Of a DNA stretch of 44,576 bases, positions 8,521 through 17,863 are shown piece by piece. A model generated the notes under the pieces. The model worked only from the letters and a program-made list of their open reading frames with translations. It made no database searches and was not told where the DNA came from. The position numbers and the translations under genes were made by a program. Position 1 is the first letter of the stretch. The number at the start of each line of letters is the position of its first letter. Origin of the DNA: a virus (Duplodnaviria; Caudoviricetes); IMG/VR virus record IMGVR_UViG_3300035037_000529, positions 1 to 44,576 of that record, one strand, 5' to 3'.

Positions 8521-10974
8521 TTATTTTCCCCAAACCTTTGCAATGCGGCCTTTGATTTTTTGCTCAAAACTTTCAACAACCCGTTTGTTGTTCTCTACCA
8601 TAGATAGTTCTTTTTGAATTGTTTGGATAACCTCTTTTTGAACCTCAATATTTGGTAAAGGTATCTTCATATGTCTTAAATTCCTAATAGGTAGTTGTGG
8701 TTGGGCGCTTCCAGATAGAATAGTTTTAATCTGGCTCTTTGCGTTTTCTGATTGAAAAAAATAAAATAAATATTCAGATATGATTTTTGTTTCATCCGGC
8801 CTAAATATGAGCATCCCGGAATTAATTCTTATATTATCGAACAGAACTTTATCATCAAATATTCCTGTATTACCTACCGTTCCACGTGTAGTCAAGACGA
8901 CGTCCCGCTTTTTTAATTTACCTTTTCTGAGTTTTTTATCTTTTTCCTCCGAAATAAACATAACATCATCAAAACAAAAGCCATCTGCAAGGACATTTTT
9001 TGTATTTAAAAACACACAATAGCCTTTTTCAAAAAACTCATTATGTTTAGGATAGTTGACACCACGATCACCATCTATGATTTCAGCCGGAGCGTCTCCT
9101 AACTCCATCACAGGCCATTCTGGATCAATATTAATATGAGGGCGATAATTTTCGACAACCTGCCGCGCACCTTCAATGATTTTTTGATAACTGTCCAGCT
9201 CAGCAATTATTTGCTCCTGAACTTCAATGGGCGGAAGGGGAATTTTGTAATTTTTAAGCATACCAAGTTTTATATAAGGCATTGTATTGCCAAGTTTCTG
9301 TTTTGACACAGTTTCCTTCAAAGTTGATTCTAGTACAAAAAATAGATATCTTGCCGTAGCACCCTTAAAATCAGAAAGAACATATGTTCTTTGATAAGCT
9401 TCAAATTTACCCTTGTAATACTGGACAGCGCCAACATCGCCATTCCCGGCAACTAAAAGGGCTTCTGTGTCAAAAGAATATTCATCGCTGAAGGTATGCT
9501 CCTTAGCGCATGTAAAAAACGGGTATTCCCCATTAGGATTTCCCTGATTAACGTCTTTCTTTCCCGTTTTTATTTCACAAATATCTCCCAAATCAACAAA
9601 ATCCCATTTTCCAGTATAAACAAGCGCCTCTTTGTATCTATCTCCACTCAAATTATAATCACCGCTTTCAGCAATTTTTTCTTTTTTAATTAATGTGGCA
9701 AATTTTGCTTCCTCAGCAGTAAAATCGATTTCTTTACCTCCACTTATGGAGTGCTTATACTTTTTTATTATGTCCAGAGCAAGTGGTAAATCGTTCTCTT
9801 TTATTTCACGACGCTGAGCGCCTAATCCATAGCCATCGTTGTTCACTTTTACAAATAGAATCCTGTCGGTTTTCTTAACCAGATTTTTGTCTAAAAGTAA
9901 TATAGAAGTTTTAACACCGGAATATGGATTAAAAACTCCCGCAGGCAATGACACAACAGCATAAAGCGAATGCTCAATCAACATTTTACGAAGCTTCCTG
10001 TAAGCAGTACCTGACTGAAAAATAATTCCTTCCGGTACGATAATACCCGCACGACCGTTTGGATTCAGATGTTCAGCCATGTAATCGACAAACAAGACCT
10101 CGGATCGTTTTGATTGGACACTAAATCGTTTATGAGGTTTTATGCCGCCTTTTGGACTCATAAACGGCGGATTAGCTAAAATTACATCAAAAGTTTCCTG
10201 CCACTTTTCTTCTGAGGTTAACGTATCGTATTCGTAGATTTTCGGATTCTGGAATCCATGCAAGTACATATTTGCTAAGGACAACCTGACCATATCCGGA
10301 GAAATGTCATACCCGGAAAAATTCGCAATAAGTCTTTTCCTTTGATCATGCGTTAAATGTATCCGGCCATCTTTTTTATTTTTCTCTAAGATATGTTTGT
10401 ATGAGGAAATAAGAAATCCGGCAGTGCCACAGGCCGGATCCAGTATTGTTTCGTGTTTAGAAGGGTCAACTACCTCAACCATGAAATCAATGATGTGCCT
10501 GGGAGTCCTAAATTGTCCGGCATCACCCTGTGAACCCATAACAGAAAGCAGATACTCAAAAGCGTCTCCAAGCTTTTCGCTATGGTCATATTCAAACTCG
10601 CCAATTGTTTTAAGGAAACTTTTGAGAGTTTCGGGGTCGCGATAGGGTAGGTAAGCATTTTTAAAAATATTGCGGAATAACTGCGGAATATTCGGATTCT
10701 GATTCATCCTCTGTATAGCTTCCCCATATAAACCAACCAATTCGTGGCCGCTTACGCGGGGATCAAAAATTTTACTCCAGGCGTATTTCACGTACTCCCC
10801 GGTAAAAAACTTTGGCTTGCCGCCTAATTCCTCAGCCTGTTTATCCATATCGTCCATGAACTTATATATGAGGGCTATGGTGATCTGTTCAACCTGAGTT
10901 TTTGGATCAGGGAGTTTCCCGACAAGTATATCCCTTGCCGTATCAATTAGTCTTTTCGTTCCATTCGTTAACAT
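8521..10974 (-). CDS. hsdM: Type I RM N6-adenine methyltransferase fused to specificity subunit (HsdM-HsdS fusion)
   Basis: GQFRTPRHI, DPACGTAGF and NPPF, followed by two TRD-like units each ending in IPLPxxExQ..I conserved helices. Confidence 0.9.
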   Translation of the reverse strand: MLTNGTKRLIDTARDILVGKLPDPKTQVEQITIALIYKFMDDMDKQAEELGGKPKFFTGEYVKYAWSKIFDPRVSGHELVGLYGEAIQRMNQNPNIPQLFRNIFKNAYLPYRDPETLKSFLKTIGEFEYDHSEKLGDAFEYLLSVMGSQGDAGQFRTPRHIIDFMVEVVDPSKHETILDPACGTAGFLISSYKHILEKNKKDGRIHLTHDQRKRLIANFSGYDISPDMVRLSLANMYLHGFQNPKIYEYDTLTSEEKWQETFDVILANPPFMSPKGGIKPHKRFSVQSKRSEVLFVDYMAEHLNPNGRAGIIVPEGIIFQSGTAYRKLRKMLIEHSLYAVVSLPAGVFNPYSGVKTSILLLDKNLVKKTDRILFVKVNNDGYGLGAQRREIKENDLPLALDIIKKYKHSISGGKEIDFTAEEAKFATLIKKEKIAESGDYNLSGDRYKEALVYTGKWDFVDLGDICEIKTGKKDVNQGNPNGEYPFFTCAKEHTFSDEYSFDTEALLVAGNGDVGAVQYYKGKFEAYQRTYVLSDFKGATARYLFFVLESTLKETVSKQKLGNTMPYIKLGMLKNYKIPLPPIEVQEQIIAELDSYQKIIEGARQVVENYRPHINIDPEWPVMELGDAPAEIIDGDRGVNYPKHNEFFEKGYCVFLNTKNVLADGFCFDDVMFISEEKDKKLRKGKLKKRDVVLTTRGTVGNTGIFDDKVLFDNIRINSGMLIFRPDETKIISEYLFYFFQSENAKSQIKTILSGSAQPQLPIRNLRHMKIPLPNIEVQKEVIQTIQKELSMVENNKRVVESFEQKIKGRIAKVWGK

Positions 10975-10991
10975 TCTTTAATCCTCCCCGC

Positions 10992-13517
10992 TTAAGCCAC
11001 AAAAGTATTTAATGTTACATAATCTTTGATATACTCGACAACCGGATCTTTCCAGCCGTCAAGCTCTTTCAAATCCTTCATCGTAAATCCGGGATTAGTT
11101 TCAAGCCTGCCGTATTCTTTAGAATCCAATATCTCCCTTAATTCCACATCTAAAATATACGCTTTCATAAATTGCCGTATGATATGAATAAACTTATTCT
11201 CAGGATGATAAAGCGAAATGAATTTTTCAATTTCTTCTTCAAGCAAATCATCCTTGGTCTTAAACTTTTTAATCCGTCCAAAAATCTTCTCCAGTATCTC
11301 CCTTAAGCTTAAGCGGCGGTCAAGTTTAACGGATTTGCGGAGTTTATCAAGGTTAAAATACTCCTCGGGCTTATCAAAAACTTCCCGCTTTATGTAGCTC
11401 TCAGCCTCCTCGAAATCTCCTTCATAAATCTTGTCTTTAACGTAATCATTGCTTTTGACAACATCTTCAAACTTCTCAAAAAATTTTCGATCAATTTTCA
11501 TACCTTCAAGTCCGATAGGTGTTTCGGCAAGCTCTTTTAGCGGGTCCAGCTTAGTGCTTTCATATTCATCGGACGGCGGTGGAGGCGGCGGAAACGGCCC
11601 GGGACCTCCTCCCGTTTCCGGAGGAAGTTTTATTACTTCGTCATAATTGAATTTCTCCTCGAAATATTCACAATTGGCAAAGAAATCAAAAAGCTTAAAG
11701 TGTTCTTTTTTAATAACATACTTTTCGATTTTACCCAGCTCGTTTTTTTCGGTGTAAACAAAATTATATTTTCTGGTTCCGCGGCCCTTCATCTGAATAA
11801 AATTTTGAGGAGAAAAAATCGGACGCATCAGACTTAAATTTAAGATATCTTCACAATCATAACCTGTTGTCATCATTCCTACTGTTACGCACACTCGTGT
11901 CTTACTTGAATTGTATCCTTCCTTAAAGGCAGTGTGGCCATTCAGGTTGTTGTTTGAAAAGTTTATCGTCATCTGTTGCGAGCCATCAATAGAAGATGTT
12001 ACCTGCACCGCAAAGTCTGAATTATATTTCCCCGGGTAAATCTTGTGCGCCAACTCATTGAGTATTTGTGTAACTTTTGAGGCGTGATTCTGACTTACGC
12101 AAAAAATGATGCTTTTGCCAACTTCACCTGTCAGTGGATCCTTCAGCGCTTTTTCCAGGAAGGTTCTACACAGTGTTATATTTGTCTTCTCAGAAAAGAA
12201 TTTCCGTTCAAAGTCCTTCTGGAAATATGTCTTTTCTTCCTCTTGTCCTTCTTCGTTTTCTATAAGAATAGAATAGCCCATCTCTGAAAGCAATTCTGTC
12301 GTTATGTCAGTTCTGGCATCAACAACAATCGGGTTCACAAGATAATTATCTTTAACTCCATCCAAAAGTGTATACCGGAAGGTCGGGTTACTTGACTCAC
12401 ACCCAAAGGTTTTATATGTATCGAGTAACTGACGCCTTTCTAATTTACGAGGGTCTCTTTCAGCAAGCTTCTTTTCATCAATCTTTTTCAAGTAATCCTT
12501 TGGGGTTGCTGTTAAGCCCAGCTTATACCCGACAAAATACTCAAAAACAGCCCGACTATTCCCACCAATAGACCTGTGCGCTTCATCTGAAATAACCAGA
12601 TCAAAATCAGTAGGTGAAAAGAGATCTTTATATTTATTATTAAACAAAAATGACTGGACAGTGGAAACCACAATTTCGGCTTTCTTCCAGTCGTCTCGGT
12701 TTTCTTTGTATATGACTGACTTATAATCGTTCTTAAGATATTTTACAAAATTCTTCCAGGCCTGATCCTCAAGTTCAAGCCGATCAACCAGAAACAGTAC
12801 ACGTTTGGCGTTCCCTGTCCTCAAAAATAACTTGATAACACCGGCGGCAACAAGTGTTTTACCTGTGCCAGTAGCCATTTCAAAAAGAAAACGATTTTTA
12901 TTTTCCTGCACAGCACCCTGTAATGATTGAATAGCGTTAAGTTGATAATCTCTCAAAAATTTAAGGTTATTGTCGCTGATGAAATCATCACGCCTGTTCT
13001 CATCAATCCAGTTAGGATCGCTTCTGTAATCCGGCTTTTGGGTAATTGCGATGTAATCTGAATCGATCTGTTCACGGATTAAAGATTCAGGATTAGGCTT
13101 GAAAGATTTCTTGTGTATCAAAGATTCATAGGCAGGAAAGGTAGTTATAATATCAGGGTTGCCTGTTTCTATATCCCAGAAATAATGAAGATTCCCATTT
13201 GATAAGATTACAAATCTAACGTTAAGGCTTTTAGCATATTTTCGCGCCTGCTCCTTACCATCTAAAGGGTTCTTTTCTTCTTTTTTTGCTTCTAAGACTA
13301 CAAAAGGGAAACCCTTATCATCCTGAAGGATGTAATCAGTAAAACCATCTTTTGTCTTTTCGAAATCTTCACCAAGTTCATTGAGATCCTGTTCCGTAAT
13401 CTTGACATTTGTTTCTAAACAAATATTGGCGGGTCCTTCATCAGTATCAAAAAACCGCCATCCGGCTTCTTCAAGATATTTATTTATGCGGATACGTGCT
13501 TTAGCTTCTTTTGACAT
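10992..13517 (-). CDS. hsdR: Type I restriction endonuclease subunit R
   Basis: TDY...VLEAKK nuclease motif, MATGTGKT (Walker A), DEAH, GLTATP, QMKGRGTR. Confidence 0.93.
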   Translation of the reverse strand: MSKEAKARIRINKYLEEAGWRFFDTDEGPANICLETNVKITEQDLNELGEDFEKTKDGFTDYILQDDKGFPFVVLEAKKEEKNPLDGKEQARKYAKSLNVRFVILSNGNLHYFWDIETGNPDIITTFPAYESLIHKKSFKPNPESLIREQIDSDYIAITQKPDYRSDPNWIDENRRDDFISDNNLKFLRDYQLNAIQSLQGAVQENKNRFLFEMATGTGKTLVAAGVIKLFLRTGNAKRVLFLVDRLELEDQAWKNFVKYLKNDYKSVIYKENRDDWKKAEIVVSTVQSFLFNNKYKDLFSPTDFDLVISDEAHRSIGGNSRAVFEYFVGYKLGLTATPKDYLKKIDEKKLAERDPRKLERRQLLDTYKTFGCESSNPTFRYTLLDGVKDNYLVNPIVVDARTDITTELLSEMGYSILIENEEGQEEEKTYFQKDFERKFFSEKTNITLCRTFLEKALKDPLTGEVGKSIIFCVSQNHASKVTQILNELAHKIYPGKYNSDFAVQVTSSIDGSQQMTINFSNNNLNGHTAFKEGYNSSKTRVCVTVGMMTTGYDCEDILNLSLMRPIFSPQNFIQMKGRGTRKYNFVYTEKNELGKIEKYVIKKEHFKLFDFFANCEYFEEKFNYDEVIKLPPETGGGPGPFPPPPPPSDEYESTKLDPLKELAETPIGLEGMKIDRKFFEKFEDVVKSNDYVKDKIYEGDFEEAESYIKREVFDKPEEYFNLDKLRKSVKLDRRLSLREILEKIFGRIKKFKTKDDLLEEEIEKFISLYHPENKFIHIIRQFMKAYILDVELREILDSKEYGRLETNPGFTMKDLKELDGWKDPVVEYIKDYVTLNTFVA

Positions 13518-13693
13518 TACTGAGACACTCCTTTTTTAAACCTTTTTCGGTCTTCCTCAATCAGATCACGAATAATAGAAACGATTGAATAATTTCTTCT
13601 TTGCTTCTGCAAAGACAAAGATTTCTCTCTGAGAAAAAAATACTGCTCTTCAGTAAGTTCAATAGTGGTTTTTTTCATTTTATTTTTTTTCAT
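13517..13693 (-). CDS. Ribbon-helix-helix (CopG/Arc-like) regulator, 58 aa, not in the ORF track
   Basis: My translation: MKKNKMKKTTIELTEEQYFFLREKSLSLQKQRRNYSIVSIIRDLIEEDRKRFKKGVSQ. TAATG overlap with the hsdR start. Confidence 0.75.
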   Translation of the reverse strand: MKKNKMKKTTIELTEEQYFFLREKSLSLQKQRRNYSIVSIIRDLIEEDRKRFKKGVSQ

Positions 13694-13781
13694 AAGAATA
13701 GCTCCAAATGTGGTGGATATGAAGATAAATCAATATTCCCATATTTACAGTATTGTATCAAAAAGGCGGGTAAATTGCTAC

Positions 13782-13822
13782 AAAAATATAAAACCTCCGC
13801 CAGCTATAAAGCCAGCAGAGGT
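13782..13822 (-). terminator. Rho-independent terminator separating the phage operon from the defence operon
   Basis: Minus-strand ACCUCUGCUGGCU-UUAU-AGCUGGCGGAGGU, a 13-bp stem with three G-U pairs, followed by UUUAUAUUUUU. Confidence 0.75.
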
Positions 13823-13844
13823 CGGGCAGGGCAGATGGAAGTTA

Positions 13845-14162
13845 TTATAAATTATGGGCTTTGAAATACAGGTTCACCAACTCAGCGGTAAACTTATGCT
13901 TACCGCCGATGTGCCAGTCGGTGTTTCGGTCCGGGTCGAGCTTTGACTTGTAGTCATAAATGGTGAAGACAAGGCCGTTGATCCTGCCGATCCATTCGGC
14001 TTTGATTTTGTTATCCGGGGAGCTGTTGAGTTGAGGGCCGACGAACACCCGGACAATATCTTCATATCTTGTTCCTTCTGACAGATAGCCCTGACAACCT
14101 GTTCCGTCACGCGAAACGCCGCCCATGGAAACATTGATATTTAATGTCGCGCGCACTTTCAT
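13845..14162 (-). CDS. Hypothetical phage protein
   Basis: 105-aa ORF with ATGA overlap to the upstream gene, ending just before the terminator. Confidence 0.7.
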   Translation of the reverse strand: MKVRATLNINVSMGGVSRDGTGCQGYLSEGTRYEDIVRVFVGPQLNSSPDNKIKAEWIGRINGLVFTIYDYKSKLDPDRNTDWHIGGKHKFTAELVNLYFKAHNL

Positions 14163-14374
14163 GACTTACCCTTTGATTTAGCTTTTTTTGATCCCCAGCC
14201 GGATTTCCATCTGGTAACGGCCCCGGCGACAAGGGCGTCGATTTCCTGCTGTGTAATGCCTTCAGCGAGAACGTGCATAAGCTCGTTTTTATTAAGAATC
14301 CGAAAATTCTTTATACCGTGTTCTTTAGCCTTAAGCATAAGGGCATGCCGCGTTTCTTTATTTTTCTCTTTCAT
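14159..14374 (-). CDS. Small basic protein with Rho-N-like helical motif
   Basis: Start re-called at ATG 14374 (AAGGAGG upstream). LMLKAKEHGIKNFRILNKNEL resembles the Rho termination factor N-terminal motif. Confidence 0.55.
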   Translation of the reverse strand: MKEKNKETRHALMLKAKEHGIKNFRILNKNELMHVLAEGITQQEIDALVAGAVTRWKSGWGSKKAKSKGKS

Positions 14375-14582
14375 GCGCGTAAACCTCCTTTTCGGTTTTA
14401 ACATCACCATACGCCAGATGGACAGCCAGACGCAGTAATTCGCAAATGCTCCTGCCGGTTTTCTGTCTTTCCCGGAACAAAAGAGCCATTTCGTTTTCAT
14501 CAAGACGTGAGGCTGGCCACTGGTACTTATTCATAGCTTCCCCAGTAGGCCGTAGAGTCGAAAGGATTACAAGTCTTTTCTT

Positions 14583-14828
14583 TTAGCCTTTACGAATAAG
14601 CGTCTTTATGGCCAGAGGCACGTCTTTTGCCTCTTTCACGATAGTGTCGATCTCGGCTTTCGTGAGTTTTTTATCTGCCAGAGCGACCACGATTGCGCTT
14701 AAAAGCTCGTTAATCTCTTTAAGCACGTTCAGGGCCTTTGACAGAATCATCCACACAGCACCGATACCTACAATCGCTGTCACGAGTTGGGGAATATTCC
14801 CCGTAAGATAATCCATTATAAAGTCCAT
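14583..14828 (-). CDS. Small membrane protein, holin candidate
   Basis: 81 aa with an N-terminal hydrophobic helix and basic C-terminus, at the end of the late operon. GGAGG RBS. Confidence 0.55.
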   Translation of the reverse strand: MDFIMDYLTGNIPQLVTAIVGIGAVWMILSKALNVLKEINELLSAIVVALADKKLTKAEIDTIVKEAKDVPLAIKTLIRKG

Positions 14829-14841
14829 GATTTCACCTCCC

Positions 14842-15111
14842 TTAGTCTAAATCGTTAAACTTCTGAACCAGCTTCCTGTATTTTTTCTCAAGCGTCCGGA
14901 ACTTCGGTTCTTCGGATAAGTTTTTCTTGTGAGCAAATACAAGCATATCATCGATAACAAAGAAGATACGCTCTGCAATATCCGTTGCTTTCTTAACGCG
15001 TTGAATTCGGCGCAGGGCGTAGCGTTTCTGCTTTTGATCGGCATTATTCCATTCCCGCAGGAAACCGAATACCTCTTTTACGGCATCGGCTATTTTTGTC
15101 GGATTAACCAT
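14842..15111 (-). CDS. Hypothetical basic helical protein
   Basis: 89-aa ORF abutting the upstream stop codon. Confidence 0.65.
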   Translation of the reverse strand: MVNPTKIADAVKEVFGFLREWNNADQKQKRYALRRIQRVKKATDIAERIFFVIDDMLVFAHKKNLSEEPKFRTLEKKYRKLVQKFNDLD

Positions 15112-15420
15112 TTAATCACCTTTGATCCCGTTTTTCTTGAGAAGAAGATCAACCCCGGCTTTAATAGACGGGATACAGTCGATCTTTTCTTTGATCTCCT
15201 CAATATTCTTGTCCAGGTTCTTATGCAGGACTTTGCAGACGTCTTTATCGACAAACTTGTCTTCCGCTTCCTTTTTGTTATTGTCGACTTTTTTCTCGAA
15301 TTCATCGCGTTTGCCCGCCGCGTCCCTGGCCACATTAATTGATATACCGAGCATAGTCCCTGACACCCCCAAAGAAACCAACACCGCCGCCCAGGGCAGG
15401 TATGTCGTTACCTGTTCCAT
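15112..15420 (-). CDS. Single-TM coiled-coil protein (lysis-module candidate)
   Basis: N-terminal hydrophobic helix followed by a charged coiled-coil. TGATG coupling. Confidence 0.6.
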   Translation of the reverse strand: MEQVTTYLPWAAVLVSLGVSGTMLGISINVARDAAGKRDEFEKKVDNNKKEAEDKFVDKDVCKVLHKNLDKNIEEIKEKIDCIPSIKAGVDLLLKKNGIKGD

Positions 15421-15626
15421 CAGACAGCCTTCTTTTTTGTAACACTCTTGTCGATATTCACCAGGTCTTCATCGATGTGCGATATCTGGCGATCCAGATC
15501 CTGCCTGCGGCGCAGGAAATAATCTTTTTGTTTTTCCGTGTCAGCTTTCGTGTATTCTTTAACCGAACCATCCGGATGTGTTACGATCTTCTTGCCGCTT
15601 TTAAACTCAACTTTTATCTTTGCCAT
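15420..15626 (-). CDS. Hypothetical protein (68 aa)
   Basis: Start re-called at ATG 15626 after GAGGAGG. Two beta strands plus a coiled-coil. Confidence 0.65.
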   Translation of the reverse strand: MAKIKVEFKSGKKIVTHPDGSVKEYTKADTEKQKDYFLRRRQDLDRQISHIDEDLVNIDKSVTKKKAV

Positions 15627-15642
15627 TTCTATGCCTCCTCTC

Positions 15643-16203
15643 TTAAGATTGTCCGCCGCGGACCGGGCGTACATAACATTGATCTCCCCAGATTATTCCA
15701 TATGTGGTTAAATACCCGTCATAGGCATATACTGCCCAAGCTCCGTCAGTCCACGGAGCGCAAATGGTCGATGACCACCAAACGCCCCACTGGTCTGGAC
15801 ACGGGGCGAAATAGGAAGTGTCCTGAGCGGGGTCGTATCTTCCATAATCATTAATCGATGCTATTTCAAAGATATTTGGCAAACGCCAATCGCTATAACC
15901 GGCATAGTTCAACATTTCACATGCATCAAGTGCCATGTACCATTCCATTGGGGATCCAAAACCGGCGGCCGCTGGATCTTTAACCCAAATCAACCCGGTA
16001 GCCATGTCGGTCACGGTTCCGTTACCGTTATCAACAAATCTTTGCCCCCAGTTAATCGGGTGGCCGATTTGATAATATCCGTCATCATACGGATACCAAG
16101 ACATATTCTGACCGGTCTTTGGCAACCCTCCGTCGGTCTGAATTTCGGTGATCCTGTTTACAATCCTGCTTGATTTCCTGTGTTTGAGATGCAATTCCTG
16201 CAT
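15643..16203 (-). CDS. DUF1566 (Lcl C-terminal, C-type-lectin-fold) protein; candidate receptor-binding/adhesin
   Basis: LPKTGQ...DDG...RFVDNGNGTVTD..TGLIW, GYSDWRLPNI.E, WSST, YVRPVRGG. Start re-called at 16203 after AAGGAGG. Confidence 0.88.
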   Translation of the reverse strand: MQELHLKHRKSSRIVNRITEIQTDGGLPKTGQNMSWYPYDDGYYQIGHPINWGQRFVDNGNGTVTDMATGLIWVKDPAAAGFGSPMEWYMALDACEMLNYAGYSDWRLPNIFEIASINDYGRYDPAQDTSYFAPCPDQWGVWWSSTICAPWTDGAWAVYAYDGYLTTYGIIWGDQCYVRPVRGGQS

Positions 16204-16216
16204 AGTTAATCCCTCC

Positions 16217-16507
16217 TTAAATTTCATAAGTTAGCGTAAGCTTGCCAGCGTCACCACCGGCTTTAATAACCCTGAAGTCACCGATGTGGTAGATCGATGG
16301 AAGCTCTACAATATCACCGTCTTCCAATAACGCTCCCGAATCAGCAGTAGGATTCTGCCCATTTACGAAATACCTCATGTCTCCGCCTTCGGCGTGAATG
16401 ATAGCATAGACCGCGGAAGGCCCGTCAGGCGGGTTATACACAGACGGTGTTAACTGCTTAACTCCGCCGTCAACTACAATTTCTTCATGAGCCAATATTT
16501 TTGACAT
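16217..16507 (-). CDS. Hypothetical beta-rich virion-like protein
   Basis: 96-aa ORF with good RBS, packed tightly between the rSAM and DUF1566 genes. Confidence 0.65.
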   Translation of the reverse strand: MSKILAHEEIVVDGGVKQLTPSVYNPPDGPSAVYAIIHAEGGDMRYFVNGQNPTADSGALLEDGDIVELPSIYHIGDFRVIKAGGDAGKLTLTYEI

Positions 16508-16510
16508 AAC

Positions 16511-17863
16511 TCAAACCTCCTTCTTTTTGATTATTACCGGACTGCTTTCAACCATCCTTTTCTCAGACGGCGCCATTTCGCGCTTAACTTCATTCCAGCC
16601 CCTCAGGCAATAATTAACGTTACGGTTAGCCGCGTAAAACTTTTCTAAATCCTCAGCTCTCATTTTTTCATGCGCACAGGGGTAAAGAGCCGGATTAAGG
16701 TCCTCAAGGTCTATGTGCTTATACTTCTCATAATCCGGCGTCCCCGGAATAGGCGTATAAGGCAAAGTTACGGCTTCAGCGCCGTAACTTTTTATGAGAT
16801 CGATCGTTTCCCCGATATCTTTGGTAGTCTGATTAGGCGCGCCGATAATAAGAAAAGACCTCAGGCGTTTAAAATGTTTCTTCGCGATCTTCATAGCCTG
16901 TTCCCAGTGAGCGACAAAGCAGTGACGTCTCCATTCTTTGATGATGATATCACTGGCGCTTTCAATAGGTATATTCACTGACCGAAAACCTGCTTCAACC
17001 ATCTTTGCGGCTATCTCATCGGTTAAAAGACGGGCTTCGACACCGCCGTATGAGAAGAGTTCAATATTCAACTTCTCCCGGATAACCTTATCAAGTATGA
17101 TCTCAAAGTGTTTTTTGTAACCATAAAGGATATTCGCGTCCAGGAAGATGAACTTTGTAATACCCATGGACTTGTAGTATTTAAGCTCGTTTACCACTTC
17201 ATCAGGATTGGTATTGACCTTGGTACAACCTTCTACGATATGTACTGCGCAGTAAGAGCAGTTATTCGGGCATCCAACTGACGTCCCCAGGAATATCCTC
17301 TCAGGCATGTTGTCGCCGAAAAGGTCGACATCAATCTTGATAAAATTATCGCTGACCCTTTTTTCTTTCTTCGTCATCACCTCATCAGCGCCTGAAGCCC
17401 TGGCGTGTTCCGGACAGAGAATAGCGTAGAGGCCCCCGACTTTGACCGGCACTTTAGGCATTATCCTTTTACATTCAGCCACGATCTCATAAACAGCCCG
17501 CCACAGGAAGGTGAAAGTATTGCCGATAAATATCTTGTCCGGCTGAAATTCGTCCAGTTTTTTTGCCAGCTCAGAAAGCGGCAAACCCAGCCGGTGGAAT
17601 TCACGACAGAGTTTCTCATTATCAAAGTTGCCGCACTTTTTATACCCGACAAACTGAGAAGCCAGAATTCCCTTGAAATACATACCGTTCTCTTTAAACT
17701 CCATATACTTTCTGGGGCGGTAAAGAGGGTACATATTAAAAAGTTCGACTGTGTGGCCTTCACGGCGCAGTTTTGTAGCGACCTTATAAATACCGACAGG
17801 GGAATTGCGGTACATCATGGTTATAGTCGTATATTCATACGGTACGATACACAAATATCTCAT
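16511..17863 (-). CDS. Cobalamin-binding radical SAM enzyme (class B methyltransferase-like)
   Basis: N-terminal PVGIYKVATKLRREGHTVE and VKVGGLYA B12-binding Rossmann features. TSVGCPNNCSYC CxxxCxxC motif. FIFLDANI, IPIESAS. Confidence 0.88.
   Translation of the reverse strand: MRYLCIVPYEYTTITMMYRNSPVGIYKVATKLRREGHTVELFNMYPLYRPRKYMEFKENGMYFKGILASQFVGYKKCGNFDNEKLCREFHRLGLPLSELAKKLDEFQPDKIFIGNTFTFLWRAVYEIVAECKRIMPKVPVKVGGLYAILCPEHARASGADEVMTKKEKRVSDNFIKIDVDLFGDNMPERIFLGTSVGCPNNCSYCAVHIVEGCTKVNTNPDEVVNELKYYKSMGITKFIFLDANILYGYKKHFEIILDKVIREKLNIELFSYGGVEARLLTDEIAAKMVEAGFRSVNIPIESASDIIIKEWRRHCFVAHWEQAMKIAKKHFKRLRSFLIIGAPNQTTKDIGETIDLIKSYGAEAVTLPYTPIPGTPDYEKYKHIDLEDLNPALYPCAHEKMRAEDLEKFYAANRNVNYCLRGWNEVKREMAPSEKRMVESSPVIIKKKEV

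Noticed and set aside
11570-11625. GC-rich poly-Pro/Gly stretch in hsdR
   Set aside because: Consistent with the flexible linker before the C-terminal domain of type I R subunits; not an insertion element.
13601-13864. Plus-strand ORFs 13601-13864 and 13665-13850
   Set aside because: They overlap the better-supported minus-strand RHH gene and terminator, and have low-complexity composition.
15643-15800. Complete diversity-generating retroelement
   Set aside because: No reverse transcriptase ORF and no second near-identical copy of this region was found in the window.
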